From contig JAUYLZ010000018.1 in the NCBI GenBank assembly GCA_030698385.1, positions 42,744 to 106,743 on the forward strand: a DNA stretch of 64,000 nt, written 5' to 3'. Under the pieces are notes generated by a model. The model had not been told where the DNA came from. It saw only the letters and a program-made list of their open reading frames with translations, and searched no databases. The translations under genes and the position numbers were made by a program. This DNA is from a bacterium (GTDB taxonomy: Bacteria; Patescibacteriota; Patescibacteriia; Patescibacteriales; XYC2-FULL-47-12). Positions 62,982 through 64,000 of this stretch are shown piece by piece; positions within the stretch are counted from its first letter, which is position 1, and every line of letters starts with the position of its first letter.

Positions 62982-64000
62982 GATTAATTTACATAACAGG
63001 ATCACACTCAAGCGGAAAATCTGGCTTATTGAAATCGATGAAAGATATTCCAAATGCGATTATATTCCAGAGAAAACAACGAGAAGAATTATTCAATGAA
63101 AAAGAATTTGAGTTCCTATTTAAAAAAGAAACAACTAAAGTAGCCGTCTTTAAAAATCTATCCAAGAGGTTAGATTCATCAATTCTTGAGTCCAAAGAGC
63201 AGTTTTTCTTGGCGCAGAAGAAATCTGATTTCTTTATTTTTGCAGATCATTTCCTGCTAGATTGTATGGCATACATAATGACTTGTTTTGAGTTGAAATG
63301 GTTAAATAAAAAAGAATTTGATATATTAAAGATGAGATTTGAAAAAGAATTTTTAAACAATATTAATTATAATTATTCCCTATTTTTTATTAGACCATCT
63401 CTTAGAAAAGTGCAGGAAAATTTTACATTAAACGAATCAACCGACTTCCGTTTTTGGGAAAAGAAAACTAAATTTCTTGAAACATCATACAAAATGTTTG
63501 CGAAAATATATACAGAATATTCCTTAGAGAATAAAAAAGAGTGGCAAATAATAAAAAGTGACGAACTTAAGAAACAACAGGATTTTATTATTAAAAAAAA
63601 TATAACTAACATGAATGATAAATTATCAAATACAGAAACAGTCAGAAAACTTTTTAGCAAACACAGCTCTAAACCAGCAGATATTTTACTTGAAGCTATT
63701 TTGAACTTTTTTAAAAGAATGCCCAGTAATTATGTTGTTCAGAATTTAAAGGATATTGAATTTATATGTATGAATGATGAATGTTATAAAAAATATAATA
63801 TTTCGGAGAATAATTTAAAATCTATTTTAATCAATTTCGGTAATCTAGAAGATTTAAACATATCTTCAATAACGGGATTGGTAGCACACTTATTTGCCTT
63901 GATTGATATCAGTTATCCCGAGAAAGCAAACTTAAGTCCACAGGAGTGGTTAGAAATAGACCTCTATTCAGATGATGTCGCTCGCAGATGGGGTTTTGAA
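62978..64000 (+). CDS. P-loop NTPase-domain protein, C-terminus beyond window
   Basis: Not in the track (no stop). ATGA overlap with the upstream stop. MRLIYITGSHSSGKSGLLKSM Walker A. Open frame to position 64000. Confidence 0.5.
   Translation, partial: MRLIYITGSHSSGKSGLLKSMKDIPNAIIFQRKQREELFNEKEFEFLFKKETTKVAVFKNLSKRLDSSILESKEQFFLAQKKSDFFIFADHFLLDCMAYIMTCFELKWLNKKEFDILKMRFEKEFLNNINYNYSLFFIRPSLRKVQENFTLNESTDFRFWEKKTKFLETSYKMFAKIYTEYSLENKKEWQIIKSDELKKQQDFIIKKNITNMNDKLSNTETVRKLFSKHSSKPADILLEAILNFFKRMPSNYVVQNLKDIEFICMNDECYKKYNISENNLKSILINFGNLEDLNISSITGLVAHLFALIDISYPEKANLSPQEWLEIDLYSDDVARRWGFE

Overview
This 64 kb window is gene-dense and mostly minus-strand. All calls come from reading and translating the sequence by eye; no searches, folding programs or composition statistics were run, and functions rest on recognised motifs.

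Layout:
- 1-16.9 kb: housekeeping and salvage genes. These include cysS, an archaeal-type valS, hisS with tRNA-His, nucleoside phosphorylase and hydrolase, VanX-like, GNAT and a radical SAM enzyme.
- 16.9-20.2 kb: a visibly G+C-richer, rearranged patch. It holds a transposase stub, a frameshifted ORF, a radical-SAM stub and a FadL-like outer-membrane protein.
- 20.2-56.9 kb: a small-genome, CPR-like housekeeping block. Genes include tpiA, scpAB, aspS with a T-box, recO, ruvX, map, adk, recG, sodA, mutM, thrS, ndk, two-component genes, and tRNA-Tyr and tRNA-Pro.
- 56.95-64 kb: a strongly A+T-rich plus-strand operon of glycan or small-molecule tailoring genes. Its insertion appears to have cut an XRE regulator gene.

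Main finding: four paralogous ribosome-dependent attenuators lie at 42.4-48.6 kb. All are below the 60-aa ORF-track cutoff.
- Each is a (near-)leaderless 30-34 aa leader peptide carrying a run of one amino acid (Phe, Leu, Ile, or Val/Ala).
- Each has base-for-base mutually exclusive antiterminator and terminator hairpins.
- The Phe unit lies upstream of prephenate dehydratase, prephenate dehydrogenase and an aminotransferase.
- The Leu unit lies directly upstream of leuA.
- The Ile and Val units control small proteins of unknown function.

Other leads:
- a radical SAM/SPASM enzyme translationally coupled to an unlisted 22-24 aa peptide ending HCGVCE
- a tRNA-His with A73 and no encoded G-1, next to a eukaryote-like-motif hisS
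- a D-armless tRNA-Pro(UGG)-like element with two inserted hairpins
- an array of 14-nt half-palindromes around a DUF5671-like gene
- two promoter-to-terminator units with no convincing ORF (about 580 nt and about 450 nt)
- a shared 5' leader hairpin
- a 73-bp duplicated bidirectional promoter

The sharp composition changes and truncated genes at the junctions could also reflect assembly chimerism. That should be excluded first.
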